A DNA stretch of 64,000 nt from a virus (lineage: Duplodnaviria; Caudoviricetes), in IMG/VR virus record IMGVR_UViG_3300042013_000018, positions 20,050 through 84,049 of that record; one strand, given 5' to 3'. Below are positions 45,478-57,133 of this stretch, in pieces. Both the position numbers and the translations under genes were made by a program. Position 1 is the first letter of the stretch, and the number at the start of each line of letters is the position of its first letter. The notes below the pieces were generated by a model. That model saw only the letters and a program-made list of their open reading frames with translations, was not told where the DNA came from and searched no databases.

Positions 45478-48400
45478 AGATTGGGAAGCAAACTGGATCA
45501 GACAGCACCCTCAACACTATGACTCAAAAGGACACGCTGAGGCTGTCATCCTAAACATTGAGAAACGTAAGAGGATAGTGGAGTTGGAACAAGGGATTAA
45601 AATGTATAAGGAGAGATTGGGATTATGAAATTATCGGAAGCTATATCACATTTACAAGAGATGATAGATCAACACGGAGATATGGATTTTCGTCTTTGTG
45701 ATACAGACACACGGTGGTCACTTGACCTTGAACCTGAGCACCTAACCTATTATGAAGGCCACTGTGAAATTTATGTCAAAGGATATTGGGAGTTTGGGGT
45801 GTGAATAAGAAACAACTATTAGATAGCCTAAAACTATCCCTAAAAGACTTACACAAAATAAATAAACGTATGCAGCGTATCTCTAAAGAATTAAAGATTG
45901 ATGAGAATGAGCATATTAAGAATGCTTTGAATGAAATTAAACAGTTGATTGAGATTGGAGAGAAAGATGGAACAGCTTAAGAATTGTGAAAACCCAATTG
46001 AGATGCTAAAGTTTGGACGTATTCGTATTGGCTATCGGTGGGGAGATGGTTGCTGGGAAAATGATATTAATGGCTTTCGGGAGAAATATTATTTTAAGTT
46101 TTATAAAGTATACGATGACAGTAGATCAGCATTTGGTCTAGTTATTGGCAGCTTGTCACTACACTTCTCAACTCTAGATAAGGCGACTAAGAAATGAACA
46201 CACAACACCTGACACGAATGACTGACGAAGACCGAGCTAATGCAGCTATCAAACGTAAGGCTGATCAGCAATGGGCACTAGACAACATTAAAACTGAATA
46301 TGTAGACAAGCCACTATGGTCAGAATTGGCCTCCTCTCAGGGTGTAAAACTTCCCCTTTGGTGGAAACCAGCTTCCGAGACTAGATATGTAAAACGTGTG
46401 GCTAAGAAAGTGGGTGTAGACATTAACCTATTCGTTCAGGCAACTGGGTTCAACACTTTGAAAGAGTTTGTCAGTGCCAACCCTAAACTATCTGCTGTAG
46501 GTCTAGTTGGACTGTATTTAGAGGAAGCACAAGACATTAAATCACACAGTCATGTATACCCAGTGCAGAAAGACTCTAAAAGTAAAGGTAAAGAATAGTT
46601 ACTAGTGTAGAAAATAGGGTATAAAACTGCGTTCTCTATTTAGGAGCCACATTGTACACCTTTACACAACTCGAAGTTTCTGATAGTATATAATTCACTA
46701 ACTTAATAAAGTAAGTATTCTAGACATATCTACCCAAAACAGTAAGAATACTTGCATTTATGCACACCTTATAAAGAGGATATACAATGAAAAGACTTAA
46801 ACCAAGACTACGCCCACAAAATGATACCCATTATCCTTGGGTGTGTATGGTGGGTATAAACGACTTATCTTCTTCAGATAAAGCCACCGAAGGAGAGTGG
46901 TGGGCAATAGGTGTAGGAGAAACGATGAGAGAAGCTTATTGTGATTGGGTGGATAGGATTGAAGAGATTGATGGGTTAACAGCTATTGAGGAATTACAGA
47001 ATGTTTGAATGTTGGGCATACATAAACAAAGAATGGATCAATGGCTGGGATTGTGGGACACGTAAATCCACAAACGCTATCGTATTCCACCCTGATTATG
47101 ACATGACACAGACGTATTATATTGCTCAAGAGGATGTTTTCTATGGGAAAAGTCCTCCCGGAGTGTGTGTAGAGTGCTACAATACGCCAGAAGTTGGACA
47201 CAAGATGTCTTGCGAGCAACGATATAAGGAGAAATTGAATGGATGATCTACGTATTAAGCCACTACTGTTGGATTTTATTAGCTGGCTTAACAGTCAACA
47301 AACAGACCTCGTGATGTATGCTGGGTATGACGACCCTATTTACCTTGAAATTGCAAGTGAAAGGTTAGATAAGTTGATTAATAGATACCTAGAGGGGCTA
47401 GCAGAATGATCTGGTTTAATAAGATTTGGTTCTTCAAACCAAAGAAACGAGAACCTGCACCACTTCCACAAAGTTATTCTCAACCTAATTATGGTTCTGA
47501 AGAAGTGTTGCGAGTAAAAGACATCTCAGAGCCTGTGTTGGCTATTGTTGAGTGTATGAAGAAGTATCCTAGTAGGTTTAAGCTTAAAGCAGAATCGACA
47601 GTTACTGAGTTACAGCTTAGTGTTGTCTCCACGTACACAGTCACAGATTTGAAGACTAAACAAGAGATTGTGGTTACAGACCAGTTCAACCCCCCATGGT
47701 TGTGATTGGGTAAAGTATAGTTGGGTATGGTTGACTTGGGATGAAAAAGCTGTGTTGAGAAAGACATTTATTGACATGCTTGATGGGAAGATTAAAAGAG
47801 TACACTCAATCCAACGAGCAAAGATGAAAGGTATTTACAAATGACACGAGAAGAATTCATTGAGAACTTTATTAAAACAGAAGCCGGACTACTGATAGGC
47901 GATAGAGGAGTTTTAGACGCTATGACAATCTTAACTTTAAGTATGATCGGCTCTATCCACGACCTTCAACAACAGATTGCAGATCTACAGGAGAAGATTG
48001 ATGAACGGAGCTAAAGTGATAGCCAACCTTAAAGAGCAGGGGTTAGAATATGTCATTGCCTATAAGAATGACTACCCAGCAGTTGTTGACCACATCCGAG
48101 TAAAGATTGATGGTAGTTTTGTTCTTTATGAAGATAAATACTACGTCAAAAATAAGAAAGAGTGGGTGGAAGACTTTTACCGATCTTGTGACACGCTACC
48201 ACCTCGCACCTACACAGATTATCCTGCTGAGCGGGTATTGCACAAGATAGTTGAGGAGCTTTATGAGATGAGGAATAAAGCATGAACGTAGCTGACTTGA
48301 AAGAATTGATTAAAGAACTTCCAGATGACATGCAAGTAGAATCATGCTGTGACTGTGGTGGTCAGGATGGAACACATTTTCTTGTAAAAGAGGGTACGAC

Positions 48401-49122
48401 CAGTTATGATGGTTGGGAAACTGAAGTGGAATATGAGTATCTTTGGTGTGGAGGTAAGTGATGAACAATAAAGAAGTGAACTACGACAAACAACTAATCC
48501 TAGACTTCATCGCATGGTGTGCAAGTGAGAAGAATATCTTGCTGCTACAGCTTGAGAATGAGTATTTTCGAGAAGATGAATTGGTGCAGGAATATTTGGA
48601 GGATAGTGATTGATGGAAATTATTATTGGTGTTCTAATCTTTATTATTTGCTTATCCATCACTGCACTCCTATATGGATTTGTGAGATATCAAAGGCTGC
48701 TAGCCAAATATGAGATTGTATCTGATGAGTTGTGTGGCTACCTTGATGCGGATATTAAAGACAGTGGGTCTGAGTGGGGAAATGTGAGATGATTTCGGAA
48801 AGTTTCTTGAGCGTAAAGGGTTTAAATTAACATGAATGTCAAAGAACTGATTGAGTCTATGTGGTGCAACTGCGGTATAGATCATGCAGAACCTAAATGG
48901 CATTCACTTGATTGCTCTTATAGAGTCGAGTGGGAATTTCAGAAAGGAACTGTACACATGACAGAGAAAGAGAAATCTCTAGCTGAGAAGATTACTGGTT
49001 GGAAAGCAGAACATGTGAAACAGTATTATCCAGATGATCTAGACAGAATCTTTATGCAACGAACAGAGGAAGCATACCACTATGGTAAACGACAGGAGAC
49101 TAGTAAACTAAATTATGACTGA
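45470..49122 (+). other. Cluster of small hypothetical ORFs
   Basis: Dense plus-strand ORFs with RBSs (e.g. 45949-46197, 46194-46598, 46787-47008, 47406-47705, 47977-48285, 48610-48792, 48832-49122). Confidence 0.6.
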
Positions 49123-50362
49123 CATTAAGATCGTAGATGCAATCTGTGGCTCAGGTAAAACGACTTGGGTGTTTGATTACATGAAGTCTAATAAAGACAA
49201 ACGCTGGCTATTCGTATCTCCATACCTATCTGAAACTGGTGATGGAAGGACTAAGGGTAGAATTCAAGAGGAGCTTCCTGAGATGAACTTCAGGAGCCCT
49301 TCTGCTGCACCTAACAAGACAGAGTCATTCAAACGTCTTGCCTCTAGTGGGTTCAATATTGCAATTACCCATTCCCTGTTTCACTCTTTCAGCATGGAGA
49401 TAGCAGAGATACTAGAACAAAACGAATACCATCTGATTGTTGATGAGACACTAGACCTTATCAGTCTGTATGATGATATTGAGAAACAAGACGTGATCTG
49501 TTTGATTAAAGCAAATATGATTGTTAAACAACCTAATGGGCAACTCAAATGGAATCATAGTGAATACCCCGGCTACTCTGGGAGAGACACAGCAATCAAA
49601 GATATGTGTGACACTGAGGCTTTGTGGTTGCATGGAGAAAATGTATTAATACAACGTGTACCGCCAACTATCATCAAGTCTTGTAAGAGCTGTACTATCC
49701 TAACCTACATGTTTGAAGGCAGTTTGATGCGTTGTTGGTTTCAACTTAATGATTTGAAATATGACTACTTCTATCCCGATACACTGAGAGAAGAATCAGT
49801 GATTAGAAATATCATTAAGGACAAGCTACACATCGTAAAGCCTACCAAATACGTGTTAGACTTACAGTACGATGAACAAGGTATGTACTTAAATACACCT
49901 TTCTCTAACAACTGGTACAAACAAAACAAAGCTGATGATAACCTATTTAAACGTATAAAGGCTTCGATTGTCACTCAGTTACAAGAGAACATGTCTAAAG
50001 GGAGAACGTTCTGGACCACATTCAAACCCTTTAAAAGTAAGCTTGAAGGTAAGGGCTATACTCGTGCTGTCAAAGGTGTTGAACCATTTGTACCTAAGAA
50101 CATGAGGGCTAGTAACGAGTATGCTGATTTCAGTAATTGTGTTTACTGTGTCAATGTTTACCCTGACGTAACTCTTGTGAACCACCTTGCACAGTTTGGT
50201 ATCAAGGTTGATAAAGATGGTTATGCTTTAAGTGAGATGATTCAATTCTTGTTTAGAGGCAGTATCAGACAACACAAAGACATGCACATTCTGATTCTAT
50301 CTAATCGTATGAGGAGTCTCTTAGAAAACTACTTACTTTCAAAGGTGTCGGAGAGTAAGTAA
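49115..50362 (+). CDS. SF2 helicase-like P-loop NTPase
   Basis: DAICGSGKTT Walker A, LIVDETLD Walker B, QFLFRGSIR motif VI-like. Confidence 0.7.
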   Translation: MTDIKIVDAICGSGKTTWVFDYMKSNKDKRWLFVSPYLSETGDGRTKGRIQEELPEMNFRSPSAAPNKTESFKRLASSGFNIAITHSLFHSFSMEIAEILEQNEYHLIVDETLDLISLYDDIEKQDVICLIKANMIVKQPNGQLKWNHSEYPGYSGRDTAIKDMCDTEALWLHGENVLIQRVPPTIIKSCKSCTILTYMFEGSLMRCWFQLNDLKYDYFYPDTLREESVIRNIIKDKLHIVKPTKYVLDLQYDEQGMYLNTPFSNNWYKQNKADDNLFKRIKASIVTQLQENMSKGRTFWTTFKPFKSKLEGKGYTRAVKGVEPFVPKNMRASNEYADFSNCVYCVNVYPDVTLVNHLAQFGIKVDKDGYALSEMIQFLFRGSIRQHKDMHILILSNRMRSLLENYLLSKVSESK

Positions 50363-51254
50363 ATAACTTTACCCCCTTATAGGCTGTGGCTTACAGGGCA
50401 CTTTCTCTATAAGTCTATAGCAGTAAAATATCAACCATTACCTATTTTGGGAGTCAGCTTGTATCAGTGACTCCTTCATTGCTGTGTGCAAATATCTCTG
50501 AAAGCCTTTATTTATAAGGGTTCATACTCTTCAAATTACTGTCTCGGTATCATTGCAGCTTAACGCCTCCTCTGTAGCACGTCACTCCCCCACTCTCTAA
50601 TCCCAAAATATGGGACGATAGTCTGCTACCTATTATCTAGCTAATGATTAGTGAGCTATCGATGCAGACGACGGGACTTGGGCCAGTCTACCTATCAGCG
50701 ACCATTGAGCCAGTCTGGTATTCCAAACGGTATTCCAAGCCACTATCACTACTAGACAATCTCCTTTGATAACAAGCACTTAGCCTCTCAGTTCAACTTC
50801 CCATTGATCAACTGAACCGAGTATACAGGGGACACTATCTGACAGACAACCTTGACTACACCCTTAGTCTATGCTACATAGCCACTGTGCATGACCTATG
50901 CATACTCTTAGAAGAATACTATCAATACTGTATGCGTAATGAATAAAAGCTATAGTTGAAGAGGTTTACGAAGTAAATGTTGACAAGGAATGGTTAGTGT
51001 GAAGTGGAATTAGAGTGGTACAGGGAGCGTAGAGGCATCAAGCTTAACATGAAAGGTATTATTGACTACTTTCTTTCAGCCACTATAAGCTGACTAATAC
51101 ACTTTGGGAGTACGCATGTACACTAGAATTTACAAGGTTTAGGAGGGATTTTACAGGCTAGATATTTGAAGGGACTATGCAACAGGATTGTTAGTGACTA
51201 GAAACAACTAGATCCCACATTGTGGGATCTTATATTACCCTGCTAAATTGATTA

Positions 51255-51575
51255 TTACTTAAGCAGAGACCTTACTTTAGCATCAATCTCTTCAGCTTGC
51301 TTTTGAACAGACTTATTGTCTGTGTTGTACTCATTGAGAAAGCCAATTGTGCAAGACTTATCACCATGTACCAGGCACAGTACAGGCCCTTTAACAGTCA
51401 GTGTGTACAGAGGTGCATCACCAGTAAGATGATCAAGGCTTGAAAAGAACACTTCACTACCTTGATACACACTTTGACCATTGCGGCTGTAAGTAGCGCC
51501 GTCAATCCAGTCAAAAGACATGGCCATCAATTGAGCTTTGATCTGTGCGTATTTAGCAGCTTGTTTAGTGTTCAT
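51255..51575 (-). CDS. Hypothetical protein, last of the minus-strand early block
   Basis: 106-aa ORF with AGGAA RBS. Confidence 0.65.
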   Translation of the reverse strand: MNTKQAAKYAQIKAQLMAMSFDWIDGATYSRNGQSVYQGSEVFFSSLDHLTGDAPLYTLTVKGPVLCLVHGDKSCTIGFLNEYNTDNKSVQKQAEEIDAKVRSLLK

Positions 51576-51616
51576 GTTTTTATTCCTAAATAGTGTTTCG
51601 TTCTGATGTTTTAATT

Positions 51617-52117
51617 TTATAGGTTATCGAAAGCCCTGTCAACCCAATAATTGTATTTCTTTTCAGCCGTCATACGAGCTAAGACAGCATCTTCTTTATA
51701 CTCGTAAAAACCTAGATTTATCTTCTTCTTATCAACACAAATAGATGCATACCATTTGCGGGCAGCCTTGTCCCAAGAAACTCCAGTTGTTCCAGACTTA
51801 TTGCGCTTGTCTAGACCTCTGTTCCTATTGCTGACGGACGAAGTTACAACACGTAGGTTGTTAAATTTGTTATTTGTCCTGACTGTATCTTTATGATCTA
51901 TTAAGTCATCAGGCCATTCTCCCGTCATGTAGAGCCATACCAGCCTATGCGCAGGATACTTCTTACCATCAATGCTTATCTGTATATAACCACCTGTTGC
52001 GATAGCCCCAGCGACATCTCCTACTTTCATCGGGCCACGTCTTACATTGAAAGTAAATAGTCCTGTGAGGCTGTCATATGTGTATAGCTCTTTCAAACGT
52101 TCAACAGTTACTTTCAT
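51617..52117 (-). CDS. HNH endonuclease with AP2-like domain (start corrected to 52117)
   Basis: LKELYTYDSLTGLF, AHRLVWLYMTGEWPDDLIDHKDTVRTNNKFNNLR, KINLGFY. Confidence 0.9.
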   Translation of the reverse strand: MKVTVERLKELYTYDSLTGLFTFNVRRGPMKVGDVAGAIATGGYIQISIDGKKYPAHRLVWLYMTGEWPDDLIDHKDTVRTNNKFNNLRVVTSSVSNRNRGLDKRNKSGTTGVSWDKAARKWYASICVDKKKINLGFYEYKEDAVLARMTAEKKYNYWVDRAFDNL

Positions 52118-52774
52118 TTGTTTTCCTTCAAAGGTGAGAGCCACAATTAAGTGGCGTTGATTTGTTTCTATTGTAAGAGGATTCATCTACCCTGTAAAGG
52201 ATTATTTAAGGATAAATGTATTTATTTCAGACAAAAGAAAAGGAGCCCTTAGAGGCTCCTGTATATTATCCGTACACCCTTAGAAGGTGTAGTCTGCAAT
52301 AGTCTTGAGCGAGGACTCAAGTACATACTGGCGGAACTCTACCAGACGTTTGTCCGTAGGTTGCTCATTATGCCAAGCTGCAATAGCTTTATTGGCATAA
52401 GAGATTTTAGCTTCAATGTGAGCATCAACAATCTCACCAACTGTAGCAACAAGAACGTCGAAGTTAGAAATAGTCATGATGTAGCTCCAAGCTTGTGAGA
52501 GGCTTTATTGCGTCTCTGTGGGGTTGATTCTACAGAGACGCGAGCACCCTGTCAACCCATATCTCAAACAATTTCAAAAGAACTTATACACATCCGTCAC
52601 TTCAATATCCATCCCTTGCCAATCCTTCCCAACAAGTTCAATAGCCTTCCATACAGCTTCACATTCTGACATAGCACACACTACCACCCAAAGGATGTTC
52701 TTTGTGATGGATGTATCATATTTTACAGTAAACATTGGGAAGATCCTTTAAGAAGAGTTTGTTTCGTTAAAAGA

Positions 52775-52804
52775 ATTATACAAGAAAACCTTACATTGCT
52801 GCAA
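52775..52804 (-). promoter_or_regulatory. sigma70 promoter nested in a terminator
   Basis: TTGCAG-18-TATAAT overlapping the AAGCCTT/AAGGTTT hairpin with T-tract. Confidence 0.6.
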
Positions 52805-53252
52805 GGCTTTTGTATTCACTTTTCAAGCTTGACAAGGTAACTGAAGTTCCTGCCAATGTCTTGACACCAACGGTTATACCTACGGTCCCAGTAGTCAACA
52901 CAGAACTCTACAGGTTTATCTCCTAGTACTCTGTACAAATTTCCAACATCATCAGTATGAGTGGCTTCTTTCTTTGCTTGTTCTGGATAGTTAAACATTC
53001 TGATCAGCTCCACTGAAAACCAACGGTGTTTGGATAGTAAGTCACTTTGCGACGTTTGCCGCCAATCTCTGTGTAGTGGATACGATACGCAACCATTTCA
53101 GGTGCAAAACGGTTGTTGCTGTAGTCAATCTCTTTAACGATGACACGACCTTCACCAAACAGGGTGAACTTGCTCAGTTTGCTGATGATTTGCTCTTTGG
53201 TCATGTCTTTATCTCTCATTCTTAGAAGCACCTTTGCTTCTTTCTGTGTCCT

Positions 53253-53280
53253 ATTCTACTCTATTCCCCTTCCACGTCAA
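53253..53280 (-). promoter_or_regulatory. sigma70 promoter
   Basis: TTGACG-16-TAGAAT. Confidence 0.65.
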
Positions 53281-53393
53281 CAAGAGAATAGAGAAATTAA
53301 GCAAAAGAATGATTGAAAGAATTTATGATGGGATTGGTGATTGATAGGCAAAAGAAAAGGGCCTCTAAGGCCCTGTGTAGAGTATTTATCGAA

Positions 53394-53771
53394 TCAGCCA
53401 CTCGACCCCATCATACCATCACCACTCCAAGGATCTTCGTCAAGGTCCGAGTAGTCAACAATGTCCGAGTTCTTCAAGGGACGCACTACCCAATCTTCAA
53501 CATGAAGAACATAATCACCTGATGTTGTAAGCCTCACCATACATTCTTCACAGATACTTTTGTACTCATCACCTAAATCAAGTGTCCATTCAAGATGCTC
53601 TGAACAGAAGTACTTATCACAGCTATGCTCATCCTCTCCATGCATTCCACCACAAACATAACTTAGACCACGATCAATCTCTTTGTTACAGCCTTCATGG
53701 TCACATATAGCTTCATGTGCATAGCCAATCAGACGACCTTGTTTATCTGTACCGCAATGTGACCAACTCAT
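53394..53771 (-). CDS. Cys/His-rich putative Zn-binding protein
   Basis: CDHEGC...CGGMHG...CDKYFCSEH...CEEC. Confidence 0.7.
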   Translation of the reverse strand: MSWSHCGTDKQGRLIGYAHEAICDHEGCNKEIDRGLSYVCGGMHGEDEHSCDKYFCSEHLEWTLDLGDEYKSICEECMVRLTTSGDYVLHVEDWVVRPLKNSDIVDYSDLDEDPWSGDGMMGSSG

Positions 53772-54399
53772 TTGTTAACCCCACTCAAGAGAGCTTCATA
53801 ATCAGATAGTTTTACTACTCTAACGTTGTGAAAACTTGACTGCTCAAGGTGTCCGTCATCTGCATCCCTACTGATAGATAAACCTTCATAATAAGATCCA
53901 AACTCTAATGTATAGTAATCGACCTTTGTGTTGTCCTTTTCCTTGAGCGACTGAGTCAAGTAAACTTCAATAGTTTCTTTTAGACAAGCTTTCAGATTAT
54001 TGAACAGAAGAGGGTTTACTTCCTGATAGTCTTGAATCTTATCTAGAAGCCTCCAAGCAGCCTCATTCAATGCGTCTGAACCTAATTCAATATTAATAGT
54101 CATTTACTTTCTCCTAGTGCCCATTGCTTTAAGGTTTTCATATTGGTGAATTTTAGTGTATCACCTTTAGAGTCTTTAGTCCAGATGGCCCTAGAATCAC
54201 TACAATAAAACCATGAGTATTGCCTTGCCCAATCTCTTTGTTGCTGAGTCACACCTCATCCCTCCACAAATCTCTCTTATCAATACGCTTAGTCGCCAAT
54301 GTCTTGTCTTTACGAGACTGTTTAGAGGCCGATTCTAGCGAATCTCTTCGTTCATAACGCTTAGCTTTTGTAAAGCGTTCGAATGTGTTTGTGTTCATT

Positions 54400-54606
54400 T
54401 TAGTTAGGCTCACAAGTAATGTATCGTGCAAAGATGATATCAACAGCTTGAGTTTTGTCTTCACAGTAGAAGAGTTGGCTGTCTGTCAGAGATGTACCTG
54501 TGTAGAACTTATTCATAAAAGCTTGACCAAACCTCTCATGAGGATATTGACCATCAAGATATTCCATGGCAAACAATGAGTATGCACCAATATAAACTTC
54601 TTTCAT
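54400..54606 (-). CDS. Small early protein, paralog of 56449-56658
   Basis: Shared ERFGQAFMN.FYTG...TD..LFY motif. Confidence 0.7.
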   Translation of the reverse strand: MKEVYIGAYSLFAMEYLDGQYPHERFGQAFMNKFYTGTSLTDSQLFYCEDKTQAVDIIFARYITCEPN

Positions 54607-55013
54607 TTCATATCCCCAAACAATTCATTGTATTTATTAACACCTTCTGTGTTAATCCTATCTACACATTTCACATGCCACACCCCATCAGATGTCCTCC
54701 ACAATTTGCAAGGGAGATTGTGTGAAGCTAATAATTCTGCGATTGAAAATGCTTTCTGAGAGCTCATGATGTTTGTCCAATAGCCAGTTCAACTTCACGT
54801 TCCATGTAGCGACGTTGTGCGTATTGCAAATAGCTTACAGCAATAATCTCTTCATAACTACCTGATTCGGGCGGTGGCTCAATCCCGAAGTAACTCAGAC
54901 CTACGCACTTGATACCATTCTCAAGGCTATCAATCTCAGCCGTAGGTGCAGCTTTACAGAACTCACCGACTAGTTTCTTAAAGCCTTCAAGATCAACTGT
55001 AATAGAACTCATA

Positions 55014-55730
55014 TCACACCGCCTTCAAATCGTTAATGTAGTGTTTCGTTTTGATAGCCCATCTTACCAATGTCTTGTATGTCTGGCAAGCTTTAATTAA
55101 AGGATTTCGTAGGCAATTGGAAGGGTTTGTGTTCAACAGCCATGTTGGTGTGTCAACGGCGTCTATCACATTCTGTGCAGCTTTCTCGTCGTTATACGAC
55201 AGACTATCTTCAGCGTATTGTTCGTCATTGTACAGGCTGTCTGTGTCGTCTGAAGGGATTGGCTCAGGTTTCTTGACAGAGACAGCTTTCTTCAGCAACT
55301 CTTGAGCGCGTGAACGCTTGCACGAAAGGATATTTCTAAGCAAGGTATATTCTTCAGGATTGTGAAGCCTTTGCTTGTATTCAGCTTCTAAGTCAATCAT
55401 CTGCTGTGTAAGAGTCAGTACACGTCTTTGCTGAGGAAGGATCTTGTCGACCAAAGACACTGAAGATTTCTTCTTGACAGGTTCGTCCAAAGCTGCATAT
55501 GCATCAATGTTGGCACGATCTTTACTGAGCATGTGTAAAGATGCTGGGATAGCCTCAGTAGGACGATTCTGCTTCCTCATATGCCAGTAATCTGCACCAG
55601 ACAAGTCACGGGTTTCTTGAGTGATTTCATTCTTGTACTGACGACCATTAAGCGACACACCATCCCATGAATCATAGTCACCACCGATTGTGCTATCACC
55701 ATACCCTGAACGACCTTTGGATGACCACAT
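55014..55730 (-). CDS. Hypothetical early protein (238 aa)
   Basis: First gene after the promoter at 55769-55797. Confidence 0.7.
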   Translation of the reverse strand: MWSSKGRSGYGDSTIGGDYDSWDGVSLNGRQYKNEITQETRDLSGADYWHMRKQNRPTEAIPASLHMLSKDRANIDAYAALDEPVKKKSSVSLVDKILPQQRRVLTLTQQMIDLEAEYKQRLHNPEEYTLLRNILSCKRSRAQELLKKAVSVKKPEPIPSDDTDSLYNDEQYAEDSLSYNDEKAAQNVIDAVDTPTWLLNTNPSNCLRNPLIKACQTYKTLVRWAIKTKHYINDLKAV

Positions 55731-55768
55731 GTCTGTACCCTCTGAAGCTTTTCTGTTTCGTTAGGTGA

Positions 55769-55803
55769 ATTATAGGCATGAAAAAGCCCTCAGTCAAGAG
55801 GGC
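55769..55803 (-). promoter_or_regulatory. sigma70 promoter whose -35 box is the loop of a terminator hairpin
   Basis: GCCCTC-TTGACT-GAGGGC-TTTTT then TATAAT at 17 nt. Confidence 0.8.
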
Positions 55804-56448
55804 ATTTGTAGAAACTTTAGATAATTACAACACAATGTCTAAGCTTGCTTTAATCTCATGTAACTCTGCGATTTTCCCATCAATTACATCTTTAAGCACA
55901 ACAACAGCTTGTTCCCTCGACATAAAGTAGGCATATGGGTTGCCAATGGTTTGAATCCACTGACCAACTGGTGCAGCATCACTGACATTCTCAGCGAGCT
56001 CAAGTGTTAGGTACTCAGAATCTACTCGCCAATAAGTGTTTCCAAAAAGCTTTTCTACTGTGTTCATTGTGTTACCTCTTAAATTGTGTTAGGCATTATT
56101 GCCTGTATCTGGTTTGATATTCTTGATGATATACTGTAAAACTTTACAATCCTCCAACGTGTGGATTTTGTCTGTGCTCCAACACCAGATGCATAAGCAA
56201 GGCCAATCTTTGTAGCTATCTTCTGGCAAATCTTTCAGGAACCTACTTAGAGTTAAATCATCAGTCACGATAACCTCTCCAAGTATTAATCTTGTTCATC
56301 TCCTCAATCGCCTTTGTCTGCCTCTCCATCAACTCACGGTATTTCTTCTTACGGCTATTACCACTACTTATCGCACAAACGAGCCACACAAGTGCCCACG
56401 GGAAAAACAAGATTGTCAAGATAGCGTGAAATAGATGTCCGCCTGCAC

Positions 56449-56658
56449 TCATGACACCACCCCCAAATTAATGTATTTGTCAAAGATAATTTCAACAGCC
56501 TCATCACGGTCACGTGTGTAGAACAAATCAGGGTCAGTGATACCTCGGCCTGTGTAGAAAGTGTTCATGAAAGCTTGACCAAAACGTTCATTAGAGTGTT
56601 CACCAGACGCATAGCTCATCGCAAACATTGTGTATTCCTCCATTGCTACCTTTTTCAT
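56449..56658 (-). CDS. Small early protein, paralog of 54400-54606 (start corrected to 56658)
   Basis: MKKVAMEEYTMFAMSY...ERFGQAFMNTFYTG; ATGA overlap with the upstream 45-aa ORF. Confidence 0.7.
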   Translation of the reverse strand: MKKVAMEEYTMFAMSYASGEHSNERFGQAFMNTFYTGRGITDPDLFYTRDRDEAVEIIFDKYINLGVVS

Positions 56659-56792
56659 GCCATCACCTTCACAACCACATACCGACCCTGCAAGCCAGCG
56701 TTCAAACCAGTCGCCCATTTGACAGCCGAAGCCTTCGTACCACGAGAAGCTACTACTTCAGAAGTCTGTGTGTCTCTGATGATAAATTTCAT
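56655..56792 (-). CDS. 45-aa early microprotein, absent from the ORF track
   Basis: AAGGA RBS; MKFIIRDTQTSEVVASRGTKASAVKWATGLNAGLQGRYVVVKVMA. Confidence 0.65.
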   Translation of the reverse strand: MKFIIRDTQTSEVVASRGTKASAVKWATGLNAGLQGRYVVVKVMA

Positions 56793-56837
56793 TTTGTGTA
56801 TTCCTTTGTTTGGTTGGTTTTCTGTCTCTGTGTGACT

Positions 56838-56866
56838 AGTATCTGATAATCACACGAGCTTGTCAA
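56838..56866 (-). promoter_or_regulatory. sigma70 promoter
   Basis: TTGACA-17-GATACT. Confidence 0.7.
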
Positions 56867-57077
56867 CAACTATTTATTACGCACCAATCAAATTTTGTCT
56901 ATACTTGGCTGTAGTATTCCAAATTGCACCACAAGCAGCACACTCAACCCTTGATGTGGTTCTGTTATGCTTTATTACAAGCCAAGCTCTTTCTAGGGGT
57001 TGCTTCTTGCTTTCTGGACATTTACAAGCTGGATGATAAATCACGTCTGTCTTCCTGTGTTTGGTTTGTATGAGCTA

Positions 57078-57112
57078 ATTCTAAGACAAAAGAAGAGGGC
57101 CGTCAAGGCCCT
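57078..57112 (-). promoter_or_regulatory. sigma70 promoter with -35 in the loop of a terminator hairpin
   Basis: AGGGCC-TTGAC-GGCCCT-CTTCTTTT; TTGACG-17-TAGAAT. Confidence 0.75.
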
Positions 57113-57133
57113 TGTAGTAATTCTTTTCAGTAT

